A stretch of DNA of 64,000 nt from Pseudomonadota bacterium (GCA_034439715.1 JAWXAY010000033.1:64252-128251); one strand, 5' to 3'. Positions 38,013-48,556 are shown, counted from the stretch's first letter. Translations and numbers: made by a program. Notes: generated by a model from the sequence alone, not told the origin.

Positions 38013-38753
38013 CTAAAGTAATTCGTCCAGTTGGCGCGCGATGGCTTCTGGGATTACCAGAGACAAGAAGAATCCCCCAGCAAATTGGTTCTTTTTAGGT
38101 ACTGAGGATAGGTAGCCAACTGTTCTTTCTTGGGTGCCATCAGCTTTCTGGGTCTTTAGGGGCAGAGTTAACTTAACATGAGGATCGAAGGGTACTTCTA
38201 CATATATGCCTAAGACTTCAACCCCGAGGTAAATGTGAATTCTCACGTTTTCAACCGGGAAGTTTACGGCTACGCCGGGCAATTCGCCCCCAGGAACAGC
38301 GGGGAGAGGGTCGCCATTGGGCAAGCGTTTGGGATTGCCTATGTCTACATATTTCAAGAGCAATTCTAAGGGGATCTCAAGGTTGATAAAGCCCTTTCCG
38401 TCGACGTCGTTACCTGTCAGCACCCTGGCGCCCGCTAGCTGCGGAATTTCAACGATTATTTCAGGAAAGTCCGCGCCCGTAATGGGAACGCGTAGAGTTA
38501 AGGTTTTATTGACCTTGTCCACTCCAATTAACTTAACTTGTTTGTCTCCCATTTTGAGATAGCCGGTCATATCCTTTTCCACTTTTTGCCAAGGATCAGC
38601 GGGGGGATCAGTTATTCCGCCATTTTGATCATTATTGCCAGAACAGTTTTGGCAAGAAGGGTCGCGAGAAATCGAATCATACTCAGTCGGTTCACATCCT
38701 GCCAACCAAACCATCATAGCTGCAGTCATTAAAAAAGAAATTTTGGATTGCAT
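38013..38753 (-). CDS. Lipoprotein of unknown function
   Basis: LAGC lipobox, GGGAGG SD, PKRLPNGDPLPAVPGGELP motif. Confidence 0.8.
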   Translation of the reverse strand: MQSKISFLMTAAMMVWLAGCEPTEYDSISRDPSCQNCSGNNDQNGGITDPPADPWQKVEKDMTGYLKMGDKQVKLIGVDKVNKTLTLRVPITGADFPEIIVEIPQLAGARVLTGNDVDGKGFINLEIPLELLLKYVDIGNPKRLPNGDPLPAVPGGELPGVAVNFPVENVRIHIYLGVEVLGIYVEVPFDPHVKLTLPLKTQKADGTQERTVGYLSSVPKKNQFAGGFFLSLVIPEAIARQLDELL

Positions 38754-38914
38754 AGTTCCTCCCGTTATCTTTAATCAGTCTAAAGGTAAAAGGAGCAGAG
38801 CCAAAGATTAAATAAATATTTCGATTTTGTGTCCACAATTTCGACGAAAAAATTAGGAAAATAGCCTTCTGACACTCGTCCCAAACTCAGCCAACATTAT
38901 TTTTTTATTCTGAG

Positions 38915-38947
38915 AAAAAGAAAACCCAGCTTGTGAGCTGGGATTTC
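38915..38947 (-). terminator. Intrinsic terminator of the flagellin gene
   Basis: CCCAGCT-TGTG-AGCTGGG stem flanked by an A-run (U-tract on minus). Confidence 0.75.
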
Positions 38948-38984
38948 GTAAAATTATTTCACTTTAAAATTGATAATCCTAAGA

Positions 38985-39818
38985 TCAACCAAGTAACTTG
39001 AGCGCGATGGTGTTCTTTTGATTAGCTTGTGCAAGAGCAGCTGTCGAAGCTTGTAATAAAATACTACCACGAGTTAAGTCAGCACTGGCTTGAGCAACGT
39101 CTGTATCGCGGATACGACTGTTAGCAGCTGCCATGTTTTCATGTGCTACACCCAAGTTATTGACTGTCGATGTTAAACGGTTTTGCAAGGCTCCTAAGTT
39201 TGAGCGCATTCTGTTGACGTCATCTTGTGCTTTATCTAAATCCGTCAATGCAACTTGAGCGCCTTCTTTTGAAGCATAGTCAACGCTTTCTAAGCCGAGA
39301 GCGCCAAGTGTTGCTACGTTTTGGCTAGCATCAAAAGAAATTCGATCTACGAAGTCGTTGTTAAAGATACCAACTTGATAATCAAATACTGGAGTTGAAC
39401 CATCCAATAATTTTACATCTCCCCAAGTTGTCGCGAGAGCAATACGTTCAGCTTCAGATTTAAGTTGCTGAACCTCAGTATTCACGAAAGACCGCTCCAC
39501 ATCTCCTACCGTATCAGAAGCGGCTTGAATTCCCAACTCCCGAAGGCGAATGATAATGTCGCTGATTTCGTTAAGACCGCCCTCAGCTGTTTGCACCATT
39601 GAAATACCATCGCTGGCGTTTCTTTTGGCTTGCATGGCTGATCTCATTTGAGCTTTTAAGCCCTCAGAAATCGCCAGTCCTGCTGCATCGTCGGCTGATT
39701 TGTTGATTCGGTTACCACTCGCCAATTGATTTAAGGCTTGGTTAATGTCCCGCTGACTATTCGTCAAGTTACGGTTGGCATTGATCGCCTCTATATTCGT
39801 TGAAATCCTAAAACCCAT
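38985..39818 (-). CDS. fliC: Flagellin (short, 277 aa)
   Basis: MGFRISTN, LASGNRINKSADDAAGLAISE, LGALQNRL, SRIRDTD, LAQANQ. GGAGG SD before ATG 39818. Confidence 0.96.
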   Translation of the reverse strand: MGFRISTNIEAINANRNLTNSQRDINQALNQLASGNRINKSADDAAGLAISEGLKAQMRSAMQAKRNASDGISMVQTAEGGLNEISDIIIRLRELGIQAASDTVGDVERSFVNTEVQQLKSEAERIALATTWGDVKLLDGSTPVFDYQVGIFNNDFVDRISFDASQNVATLGALGLESVDYASKEGAQVALTDLDKAQDDVNRMRSNLGALQNRLTSTVNNLGVAHENMAAANSRIRDTDVAQASADLTRGSILLQASTAALAQANQKNTIALKLLG

Positions 39819-40065
39819 ACTATCCTCCAATTAATAAATCGTTAATATTTAATTCATATTTCCCTCCTTGATGTCATGACCCCTTTAGGGATCCGGCTTC
39901 CAAGCCTTTAGTTCATTACTTAAGAAAGTTCATCCATAATTCATTTTTAACTTACAGGTCGTCCGTGATTCCTCCTCTTCTTTTTCTTCTAGAGAGTTTG
40001 ACCGTCACCCTCTCGTTCCTTCTGAACTTAGGAGTACTAAACCAAACGAGTACTCCCAAATGACA
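39819..40065 (-). promoter_or_regulatory. Long structured, GGA-rich 5' leader of flagellin (CsrA-target-like)
   Basis: GGAGTACT/AGTACTCC stem, GAGAG/CTCTC stem, at least nine GGA motifs on the minus strand. Confidence 0.55.
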
Positions 40066-40071
40066 TACAAC

Positions 40072-40098
40072 GATTCGGGTAGTGTGGGGTTTTCTTGA
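40072..40098 (-). promoter_or_regulatory. Putative sigma28 promoter of flagellin
   Basis: Minus strand TCAA-N15-CCCGAATC. Confidence 0.5.
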
Positions 40099-40175
40099 CA
40101 GGACAAGTGGCCTGATTGATTTATTTTTTTTATTTTTGGATGAAAGTACTAATACCTTAGGTACGAAAAATACCT

Positions 40176-40472
40176 TTAGTCTATCTCATGAAAGCGACAA
40201 ATTGCCATTCGTCCCGTCAGAAAATACATTTTTAGCTGTTCGTCTTGTAGGTGAGGTTTTGACAAAAACCCCAATGTACAACTTTGGTTCTGGGGACTAA
40301 AGTGTGAGCATTGCTCACAAGCATATTGAATGTTGAGAGTGCGAAAGTCTTTAGGATGAACGACGTCGCATATAATTGATGGCCTAAGTGCACGGGGAGT
40401 TTTTGCTGACTTGTCCGTCTTAGTATTTTTTTTGGGGGGGGGGCTTATTGACAGGTCAGCTTTCATACTCAT
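40176..40472 (-). CDS. Small Cys-rich hypothetical protein, possibly metal-binding (start uncertain)
   Basis: CEQCSHF..C..CRF pattern; 98 aa. Confidence 0.6.
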   Translation of the reverse strand: MSMKADLSISPPPKKNTKTDKSAKTPRALRPSIICDVVHPKDFRTLNIQYACEQCSHFSPQNQSCTLGFLSKPHLQDEQLKMYFLTGRMAICRFHEID

Positions 40473-40515
40473 CTTAATTAGAGTACTTAAGGCTAACTAA
40501 CAAGGATAAAAGACC

Positions 40516-43107
40516 GTGAATAATCTGGAAAAAATGACCCACAAAAGCCAGGAAGCCTTTCAGGCAGCAATACTCATCGCGCAAAAGCAAGGTAACCCTG
40601 CGCTAGAACCCGAACATTTAATCTACGAAGTAATAGAGCCAAATAATGGTATTGTAGCTCAGGTCTTAGCTCGAGTAGGAGCTAGGCGGGACGTCGTTTT
40701 AAAGGGACTTAAGCGACTTGTGGACCAATTTCCTCAGGTGTCGGGAGATACAGCGAAGTTAGGCATGAGCCAGGGCTTGCTTCAGCTTTTAAACCAAGCC
40801 GAAAGTGAGGCCCAGGGTTTAGGCGATTCCTATATTTCTGTAGAACATTTTTTGTTGGCAGCCCTTAAGGACAGTCGAGCAAAATATAGTGACCTTCTTA
40901 GAAGCCAGGGGTTAGATATAAAAAGAATTGAGGCCACGCTGTCAGAATTAAAAGGAAGCCAAAAAGTGACAGATCAAGATCCCGAAAATAAATTTGATGT
41001 ACTTAATAAATATAGTCGTGATTTGACAGCTCTGGCTGCCGAGGGAAAACTCGATCCTGTCGTCGGTCGGGACGAAGAAATTCGCCGGGTAATTCAGGTT
41101 TTAGCTCGCCGTACAAAAAATAATCCAGTGCTAATTGGTGAGCCTGGAGTTGGAAAGACCGCCATTGCCGAAGGACTTGCACTGAGAATTATTAATAAAG
41201 ACGTACCCGAGGTCATGCAAAACAAAAAATTGATATCGTTAGACATGGGAGCGCTAGTTGCGGGTGCTAAATATAGAGGTGAGTTCGAAGACCGGCTAAA
41301 AGCCGTGGTTAAAGAAGTGACAGCCAGCGCGGGTCAAGTTATTTTGTTTATTGATGAGCTTCACACTTTGGTCGGAGCTGGTAAATCTGAAGGTTCGATG
41401 GATGCCAGCCAACTCCTAAAGCCAGCTCTAGCGCGAGGTGAGCTCCATTGCGTTGGCGCCACCACGCTCGATGAATACCGTAAATACATAGAGAAAGATT
41501 CGGCACTTGAGCGTCGCTTTCAAATGGTTTTTGTGGCGGAGCCTTCGGCCGAGGACGCCATTACTATTCTGCGTGGGCTAAAAGATAAATATGAGGTTCA
41601 TCATGGAGTTCGAATTAAAGATGCGGCACTGGTGTCGGCCGTTAAGCTTTCTCAGAGGTATATTACTTCGCGCTTTCTACCAGACAAAGCTATTGATCTC
41701 ATTGATGAGGCAGCGTCGCGTCTCAGTATCGAAATAGGCAGTGTGCCTGAGATGGTCGACAAGTTGAATCGTCGAATCATGCATCTTCAGGTAGAGCGTG
41801 AAGGTTTAAAGCGCGAAAAAGACGATGAAAGCAGAGCCCGACTCAAAGAGATAGAGCTCGAATTAGCTGATCAAAACAGAAAAAATGAAGACCTTAAACG
41901 TCAATGGGAAGCTGAGCGTGGAAGTATCGGTGAGCTAAAGAAAGTTAAATCAGAGGCAGAGCAAGTTCGATTACTTATGGAGCGGGCCGAGCGCGAGGGA
42001 AATCTTGAGAAGGCGGCTGAATATAAATATGGGCAGCTCCCACCTTTAGATAAAAAACTTAAAAAACTCGAAATCGAGGCCAGTCAAAAAAATAAGGACC
42101 ATCGAATGCTTAAAGAAGAAGTTGGCCCCGAAGAAATTGCTGAGGTCGTAGCTAAATGGACTGGTGTTCCCGTCTCGAAAATGTTGCAAAAAGATAGCGA
42201 GCGACTTATCCACATGGAAGAAAATCTGAGATCTCGAGTGATTGGGCAAGATCAGGCTTTAAAAATCGTGTCAAATGCCGTTAGGCGTTCTCGTGCAGAA
42301 ATTTCTGATCCCAACAGACCCGTGGGCTCTTTTATTTTTTTAGGTCCCACAGGAGTTGGCAAAACGGAGACTGTAAAGGCACTGGCCGAATTTTTATTTG
42401 ATGATGACACTTCCATTGTGCGCATAGATATGAGCGAGTACATGGAAAAGCACGCGGTTTCACGCCTGATCGGAGCGCCTCCCGGTTATGTAGGCTACGA
42501 AGAAGGCGGGCAATTAACTGAAGCCATCCGGCGAAGACCCTACAGCATTGTATTGCTTGATGAAATCGAAAAAGCGCATTCCGACGTGTTTAACATTTTA
42601 TTACAAGTTTTAGATGAGGGAAGACTCACAGACGGGCAAGGCAGAACCGTTGACTTTAGAAACTCCATAGTGGTGATGACGTCTAATATAGCTTCCGATA
42701 TTATTGCTGACGAGAAAAAACCTGAAAAAGAACGTCACGAAGCTGTGTTGCAAACAATGAGGTCTTATTTTAGGCCGGAGTTTATTAATCGCATCGACGA
42801 TACCATCATTTTTAATTCACTCAAAAAAGAAGTGATTAACGACATCGTTAAAATTCAGCTGCAAGCTGTGAAAGAACGCATGAGTGACAAAAAAATTAAT
42901 ATCGAAATTGACGAAAAAGCCATTGCGTACTTGGGGCGCAAGGGTTTCGACCCCATTTTTGGAGCTAGACCACTTAGGCGTGTGATTCAAACTGATCTGC
43001 TTGATCCTTTGGCCAAACATATTATTGGCGGTGATTTGACTCCTGGTGGGACAGCAAAAATTTCTGCCTCAGACCTGAGGCTTGAAATTAAGGTTCTCAG
43101 TAGTTAA
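40516..43107 (+). CDS. clpB: ATP-dependent disaggregase ClpB
   Basis: Two AAA+ modules ([16 protein letters not shown]), [16 protein letters not shown], coiled-coil middle domain; 863 aa. Confidence 0.97.
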   Translation: MNNLEKMTHKSQEAFQAAILIAQKQGNPALEPEHLIYEVIEPNNGIVAQVLARVGARRDVVLKGLKRLVDQFPQVSGDTAKLGMSQGLLQLLNQAESEAQGLGDSYISVEHFLLAALKDSRAKYSDLLRSQGLDIKRIEATLSELKGSQKVTDQDPENKFDVLNKYSRDLTALAAEGKLDPVVGRDEEIRRVIQVLARRTKNNPVLIGEPGVGKTAIAEGLALRIINKDVPEVMQNKKLISLDMGALVAGAKYRGEFEDRLKAVVKEVTASAGQVILFIDELHTLVGAGKSEGSMDASQLLKPALARGELHCVGATTLDEYRKYIEKDSALERRFQMVFVAEPSAEDAITILRGLKDKYEVHHGVRIKDAALVSAVKLSQRYITSRFLPDKAIDLIDEAASRLSIEIGSVPEMVDKLNRRIMHLQVEREGLKREKDDESRARLKEIELELADQNRKNEDLKRQWEAERGSIGELKKVKSEAEQVRLLMERAEREGNLEKAAEYKYGQLPPLDKKLKKLEIEASQKNKDHRMLKEEVGPEEIAEVVAKWTGVPVSKMLQKDSERLIHMEENLRSRVIGQDQALKIVSNAVRRSRAEISDPNRPVGSFIFLGPTGVGKTETVKALAEFLFDDDTSIVRIDMSEYMEKHAVSRLIGAPPGYVGYEEGGQLTEAIRRRPYSIVLLDEIEKAHSDVFNILLQVLDEGRLTDGQGRTVDFRNSIVVMTSNIASDIIADEKKPEKERHEAVLQTMRSYFRPEFINRIDDTIIFNSLKKEVINDIVKIQLQAVKERMSDKKINIEIDEKAIAYLGRKGFDPIFGARPLRRVIQTDLLDPLAKHIIGGDLTPGGTAKISASDLRLEIKVLSS

Positions 43108-43132
43108 GGTTCAATCAGGCAAAACCCGATAA
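43105..43132 (+). promoter_or_regulatory. Putative sigma28 promoter
   Basis: TAAG-N16-CCCGATAA, 8 nt before ATG 43141. Confidence 0.45.
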
Positions 43133-43137
43133 TAATT

Positions 43138-44790
43138 GTGATGAAAGACCGAAATTGGTTTCGTGATTTACCTCAGTTTGTCATTTTTGAAAAACAAATT
43201 TCTAACCATATAAAAAACTATCGGAATAGGCCATTTAAGTTGTTGTGTGGGGCTTGTTCAACAGGAGAAGAAGTCTTTTCATTTGCACTGGCACTTGAAA
43301 AGCTACGCCACTTTTATCATGGCTTTGATTATTCTATTGTCGGTTTTGACAGCGACCCCTTGAAAGTAAAAAAGGCCCAAAGAAGTATCTACGAATTTAC
43401 CGGCGGTTACCAAGAAATTCCTGAGGATTATCAAAGGTTCACATTGTTAGGTAGTGGCAGGACCCAAGGCTTTTTTACGCTAACTCAAGGTCTTCGCGAA
43501 CGCTGTAATTTTAAAGTTGGCGACCTAGCCGATTTTCAACCTGGCCCACCAAAATCAGAAAAAGTTGATGCCGTGGTTTATAGAAACGCAATGATTGGTT
43601 TTCATCCCGAGCATGCCAAAAAAATAACGCAAAATCTACTAAGGCATATAAATTCTGAAGGGCTTCTAATATTAGGATTGGCTGAGGACTTTATTGTTAA
43701 AGATCTAAAGCTAAAAAATCTAGGGCAAACCTGTTTTATTCGACCCCCAGAAAAAAGTGCACAAGAATCGGAGGCCAGCAGTCGAGTATTAATCATCGAT
43801 GACTCTCCAGTTGACCGTACCGTTTTGAAGAGGAAATTTGAAAAACATGGGTTAGAGGTGCACGCCGTCGACAGCGCCGGGGCAGCCACCAAATATTTGG
43901 AAAATTTTAAGACTGATTTGATTACGCTGGATCTTCATATGCCGGGCCAGATGGGCCAACAATGGCTAAGTGAACAAAGGCAAAAGGGTTTAAAGACCCC
44001 CGTCGTTATTATTAGTTCAGCGAATTCCTCCGAAGCTCAAAAGGTACTCGATGCGTTAGACAGTGGGGCACAAGATTACTTTAATAAGGATGACTTAAGA
44101 AAAAATTCCTCAGAAATTGCCGAGAGACTTGAAACCATAATATCCGAATTCAATAGGTTGGGTAAGCGATCAGCGTCCGGCTCGGGCTCGGCTAAAATAA
44201 CGAATACTTTTCAACAACCCGATTTGATATTGATCGGAGCTAGTACAGGAGGCACTGAGATACTCGTTAAAGTTTTAGAGAACTGGCCAATCGATTCGCC
44301 GCCTGTGGTGGTCGTACAACATATCGCTCATCAGTTTGCAACAGTGTTTTATGAGCGCCTCGGTCAGGCTTCAGGCTTGAAGACTGTTGAGCCAAAAGAC
44401 AAAATGGTTCTTAAGCGGAGTCATCTTTATATGTCCACCGGCGACTATCATATTGGCATAGCTGAAAATGACGGAGAATATATTTTAAGAATGGGAACCG
44501 CCATGAGCTACGGCGTTCATCGGCCCAGCGTAGATCATCTCTTTAAATCGGCCTGTCGAGTAAAAGGAAATATCACCGCAGCTTTATTGACAGGTATGGG
44601 CAAAGATGGCGCACGAGGGCTCTCAGAGCTTCATCGTCGAGGTGCTTTTACCTATGCACAGGATGAGGCCTCTTGTGTTGTTTACGGCATGCCTAAAGAG
44701 GCTATTGAGCTCGGAGCTGCGCGCTCCATCGGAAATCCCGATTTTATTCGACGAGGAATCATCGCCAGCCTTATGGTTTTAAAAAAATGA
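43138..44790 (+). CDS. CheR-type methyltransferase + receiver + CheB methylesterase fusion
   Basis: WFRD, ACSTGEE, YRNAM (CheR); IIDD..LDLHMP (receiver); GASTGG, VQH, TGMGKDG (CheB triad). Confidence 0.85.
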   Translation: MMKDRNWFRDLPQFVIFEKQISNHIKNYRNRPFKLLCGACSTGEEVFSFALALEKLRHFYHGFDYSIVGFDSDPLKVKKAQRSIYEFTGGYQEIPEDYQRFTLLGSGRTQGFFTLTQGLRERCNFKVGDLADFQPGPPKSEKVDAVVYRNAMIGFHPEHAKKITQNLLRHINSEGLLILGLAEDFIVKDLKLKNLGQTCFIRPPEKSAQESEASSRVLIIDDSPVDRTVLKRKFEKHGLEVHAVDSAGAATKYLENFKTDLITLDLHMPGQMGQQWLSEQRQKGLKTPVVIISSANSSEAQKVLDALDSGAQDYFNKDDLRKNSSEIAERLETIISEFNRLGKRSASGSGSAKITNTFQQPDLILIGASTGGTEILVKVLENWPIDSPPVVVVQHIAHQFATVFYERLGQASGLKTVEPKDKMVLKRSHLYMSTGDYHIGIAENDGEYILRMGTAMSYGVHRPSVDHLFKSACRVKGNITAALLTGMGKDGARGLSELHRRGAFTYAQDEASCVVYGMPKEAIELGAARSIGNPDFIRRGIIASLMVLKK

Positions 44791-44804
44791 TTGTCCGTTT
44801 AATT

Positions 44805-47558
44805 TTAGTTGCCAGCTGGAACTCTTCTGTTTTCTTGATAGTTAATGTAAAAATCTTTGAGAAATCTTTTAAATTTTCGAGCATTGTCTGAAGTCTTGAG
44901 ATTTTCTAACATGACCTGGTTAAAATCACTCTCTAGCTTCTTCATTGCCTTTAGGCTTGCATCTTTATTTTGTTGCTTAATTTTTTCTTTGATATTCAAG
45001 AGATTCAAGACGAGTTCAGTCTCTTTACCCATAAAGATGGGCACAATTTCTTCATGGAGGTCCAGCTCTTTGTTGATAAACACATCCAATTTTTTAACAA
45101 GCTCATCTTTAAAATCGGGATCGCTGATGGTTTCGGTAAAGTTTGTTGTGTAGAGCATATTGTCTACAAAGGTATTTTTATAATCTTCGCTGGATTCAAA
45201 CTCCACCCGCGAGGCGATCTCACGTTGTTCAATCATATCCCTGAAGTTTTTTTGCTCTGCCACCTTACTGCTCTCGTGATAAGAGACGATTGCCTTTTGT
45301 GCCAACGGAATCACAGCTGCCAAGAAGACAACCGAAAGCGCCACACGGTGTTTATAGGACCATTGTTTCCAGCTTAGTTTTTCTTTCTGAAAGTCAGCAG
45401 GATTATAGATTGGAACTGGACCATTTGAATTGTCATCTTTTTTCAAGAATTCGGTATCCAGAACATCGATAAATGTCTCCTCAACCTTATTAGCTATGAC
45501 ACTTACGACATTATCACTTGACCCCTCGAGTTTTTCTCTTAGTATTAAGCGAAGCTGAGCTTTAAGTATTTCTTTGACTGTCCTAACCTCGGCTTCTTTC
45601 ATCGCCAGCCATTTTTCTTCTTCCTGAGACTGACTTCGCCTCAAAACTTCTGTCTCTCTGAGGCGCATGACCACCAATTCCTGATCTAGTGCCAGACGTT
45701 TTTCTTTCTTTTCGCTCTCGTATTCACTGTCCAAATTCAATTTTTGTTCCCGAGCGGCCTCAATTATTTTTTGGGCTGCTTCTTTGGCTTCGACAACGAC
45801 TCGATTGGCTTTTTCTTCTGATTGATGTATTTTTAGTAATGTCTCTTTCTGAATTTCATCAAAAGCAGATCGGGCGTTATTTTTTGCATCTTTTAAAATC
45901 TGTGCAGCTTCAACTTTCTTTTGCTCCATAAGTTTTTTAGCGGCTTCTTCGGCGTTGGCCAAGAGAGTTTTACGTTCGCCTTCGGCGTTGGTACGTATTT
46001 GAGTGACGTACTGATCGAGACTTTTTCTTTCATCTTGGAGTTTGCTCACATTTTCTTTGGTCGAAATCATTTGGGTTCTCAAATCTGACAGCGAGCGTTC
46101 CATCTTGCTGAGCTCCGCCAGCTTATCTGCGGCAGCTTTTGTGCTTTTTCTAGTCTCGGCATCAAGCTGATGCATCTCATCGTTTAGCTTGTTGGCGCGA
46201 TAACTAAAGTCTTTGAGAGTTTGTTGGGCGCTTTCTACTTGTTTGTTTATCTTCTCTAGCTCACGAATTCCCGAATCCTTTTGGCCTTGAACTCTGACGA
46301 CTTCGGCCTCTATGTTGGCCTTGGCGAGAACGAGCTCGGCTTTCTGCTGCTCTAATGTTCGGTTTTCATCGGTAATTTTCTTAAATTGCTCGCGACTGCG
46401 TCCTATGTTTAACTTTAATTCAGGACCTTCTTTTTTTAGGGATTCAAATTCAGATATTTGTTTCTCATTATTTATAAGAGTTTTGTTCGAATCTGCCAAC
46501 TTTTGAAGAAGAAAGTCTAAATCAGTCTGCAAAGCTTGTTTTTCGCTCTGTAGTTTTAGAGTTTCAGAGTTTGACTGTTGATTCTTTAATCTCAATTCAT
46601 TGCATTGCTGGCTTAGTGCAGTTTGTTCATTCGAGAGACGATCGATCAGAGCTTCAAAAACAGTTCGTTTTTCAGTGAGTTCTAGCGTCTGTTTTTGTTC
46701 AGAAAATATTTTTTCTTGCACCTCTTGTAGCTTTTTTTGTTGCGTGATTTTTTCTTCATCAATAGTCAAAATGATGCTACTAAGATTATGCTTGTGCTTG
46801 TCAAGCGCGGCGATTTCGTTTCTCGCCTGCTCTTTAATGGCAAAGAGATCTTTGGTCTCTGTGTTTACTTTATCTAGGTGTTGGCGAGAGTCACGAATGT
46901 CTTGCTCAATCTTCGCAACGTCTTTTAACATTTCCTGCAGACGATTTTTTTCTACTGAGTGCTTTTGATCAAGTGTTGAGAGCTGGGCCAGAATTTGATC
47001 CAGTTGTTCACGTCGGGCCTTTTGGTTTTCGGCTAAATCTTTGAGTGCTTGTTCTTCGTTTTCTCTTTTTTGTAAGAGCTGCTTAAGTTGTTCTGAAGAA
47101 TTGACTTGCGTCGGAACCTTTGTGGTGTTTCCCAAAAAATGTGTAGTGGTTATTTTGGCATTAGCTTGAGAGGGAATAGGCACATGGGGAACAGAGAAAT
47201 CAGGACTAGAGAGTTCGATTTGAATGGTTTCGGTCTGAGGCTTTGAGATCTGATTTATAGTAATAGTCGCAGCTTTTCTAGCGAGTGTCAGCTCATCTTT
47301 TGTCGTGTAGTGATAGGCTTTGTGGGGTGTGAGTTCATTTCCATTGAGACTAGTTCCATGTGATGAGGACAAATCTACTACAAAAAGTTTTTCATTTTTC
47401 CATTCGATGCGAAGGTGTTCGCGGCTAACTTGAGGGTGTTCAATGACGACATCGCAAGTGGGTGCTCGCCCAATAACGAATACGTCTTTCATAACGGCGG
47501 AGCTTGATTGAGATTCGCCTTTGCGGACCTCTATTTCAAACTTCGGAACCTCAGACAT
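44805..47558 (-). CDS. FHA domain + long coiled coil + single TM protein
   Basis: VIGR, VSREH, SSHGT FHA motifs; more than 500 aa of heptads; TM VALSVVFLAAVIPLA about 160 aa from the C-terminus. Confidence 0.85.
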   Translation of the reverse strand: MSEVPKFEIEVRKGESQSSSAVMKDVFVIGRAPTCDVVIEHPQVSREHLRIEWKNEKLFVVDLSSSHGTSLNGNELTPHKAYHYTTKDELTLARKAATITINQISKPQTETIQIELSSPDFSVPHVPIPSQANAKITTTHFLGNTTKVPTQVNSSEQLKQLLQKRENEEQALKDLAENQKARREQLDQILAQLSTLDQKHSVEKNRLQEMLKDVAKIEQDIRDSRQHLDKVNTETKDLFAIKEQARNEIAALDKHKHNLSSIILTIDEEKITQQKKLQEVQEKIFSEQKQTLELTEKRTVFEALIDRLSNEQTALSQQCNELRLKNQQSNSETLKLQSEKQALQTDLDFLLQKLADSNKTLINNEKQISEFESLKKEGPELKLNIGRSREQFKKITDENRTLEQQKAELVLAKANIEAEVVRVQGQKDSGIRELEKINKQVESAQQTLKDFSYRANKLNDEMHQLDAETRKSTKAAADKLAELSKMERSLSDLRTQMISTKENVSKLQDERKSLDQYVTQIRTNAEGERKTLLANAEEAAKKLMEQKKVEAAQILKDAKNNARSAFDEIQKETLLKIHQSEEKANRVVVEAKEAAQKIIEAAREQKLNLDSEYESEKKEKRLALDQELVVMRLRETEVLRRSQSQEEEKWLAMKEAEVRTVKEILKAQLRLILREKLEGSSDNVVSVIANKVEETFIDVLDTEFLKKDDNSNGPVPIYNPADFQKEKLSWKQWSYKHRVALSVVFLAAVIPLAQKAIVSYHESSKVAEQKNFRDMIEQREIASRVEFESSEDYKNTFVDNMLYTTNFTETISDPDFKDELVKKLDVFINKELDLHEEIVPIFMGKETELVLNLLNIKEKIKQQNKDASLKAMKKLESDFNQVMLENLKTSDNARKFKRFLKDFYINYQENRRVPAGN

Positions 47559-47575
47559 AGGACCCCATTCTTATC

Positions 47576-48547
47576 TTACGACGCCTTCTGGTCATCATCA
47601 GCTTTCCGATCCTTAGTCTTAGAACGCAAAAGTTCTTTGTTTACGGCATCTGCCGCTAATGCGTCCAAAGGATCTTTATGTTCGTCAAACTCAGAAATAT
47701 CTGCCGGCAAGTTGTTGTTCGCAGATCGATTCCACAACAAATCGAGCGAGTTTTCATATTGCTCGACGGTATCTACAAAAATTTTCTCTGGCGAAAAAGT
47801 GGTGTTGATCATTATCATAATGATATTAAATACGATTCCAACTATTGAAGTACCCATAGCGAATGCAATTTTAAATAAAAAAGCGTCCATGACCGCCTTG
47901 GTAATAATGGGATCTGTGAGATCCATTCCTCGAAGTTCTGGCAAGGCCTTCATAATTCCTAAAAAGGTACCAAAGATACCAAAGACAATAAATAAGCCGG
48001 GCAGTAGATTTAATACGTCGTTGAACCCTCCAACGGGCATCAAGCCAAATACTCGACTGAATGCCGGATTTCTGCGAAAGACACTTTTAGATATTTCTAA
48101 AAGTTTAGGTGTACCAGAAAATTTTAAATATCTAATTTGATGAAGAGTGTCGCGTACCAGCCAGGCGCAGCCATTCTGGATTAGCATCAGGCGATCCCCG
48201 ACTGCTGCAATGCGATCTGGTTTTCGGCGCTTCATGATGGCACGAAGCTCAAATATCTCATAATAAGTTTTTTCAAGGATTTTTTTTGAAAGCATAAAAA
48301 AGGAATGTTCTTTTTTTTCTTTATCTTGAGAGAGAAACCGATTTACTCTTTTATCAAACTCTTTGGCAAACCAATACTCACGCTTCACAGTGTGATGTAT
48401 GATCAATCGAAAGACGAGGCCAAAAATCAAAATGACGAGCATCGCTGGCATCAAGAGATCATTGCCATAGGTAACAATATTGTTAACCACCGCGTTCCAG
48501 AAGTTACTGGATCCCATTCCTAGCATTTCGTTGGCGATATTCCCCAT
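47576..48547 (-). CDS. MotA/TolQ/ExbB-superfamily membrane protein (ZorA-like head)
   Basis: LPGLFIVFGIFGTFLGI and FAMGTSIVGI TM motifs; three TM segments. Confidence 0.75.
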   Translation of the reverse strand: MGNIANEMLGMGSSNFWNAVVNNIVTYGNDLLMPAMLVILIFGLVFRLIIHHTVKREYWFAKEFDKRVNRFLSQDKEKKEHSFFMLSKKILEKTYYEIFELRAIMKRRKPDRIAAVGDRLMLIQNGCAWLVRDTLHQIRYLKFSGTPKLLEISKSVFRRNPAFSRVFGLMPVGGFNDVLNLLPGLFIVFGIFGTFLGIMKALPELRGMDLTDPIITKAVMDAFLFKIAFAMGTSIVGIVFNIIMIMINTTFSPEKIFVDTVEQYENSLDLLWNRSANNNLPADISEFDEHKDPLDALAADAVNKELLRSKTKDRKADDDQKAS

Positions 48548-48556
48548 GTTCTACTC

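Noticed and set aside
39940..40015. Possible c-di-GMP-I (GEMM) riboswitch in the flagellin leader (GGTCAAACTCTCT...)
   Set aside because: The GAAA-tetraloop P2 and GACGCAAAGC-type P3 elements are not recognisable by eye; an Infernal scan would be needed
40462..40489. CIRCE-like element upstream of clpB (TTCATACTC-N10-GAGTACTTA)
   Set aside because: The spacer is 10 rather than 9 nt and both arms have several mismatches to TTAGCACTC/GAGTGCTAA
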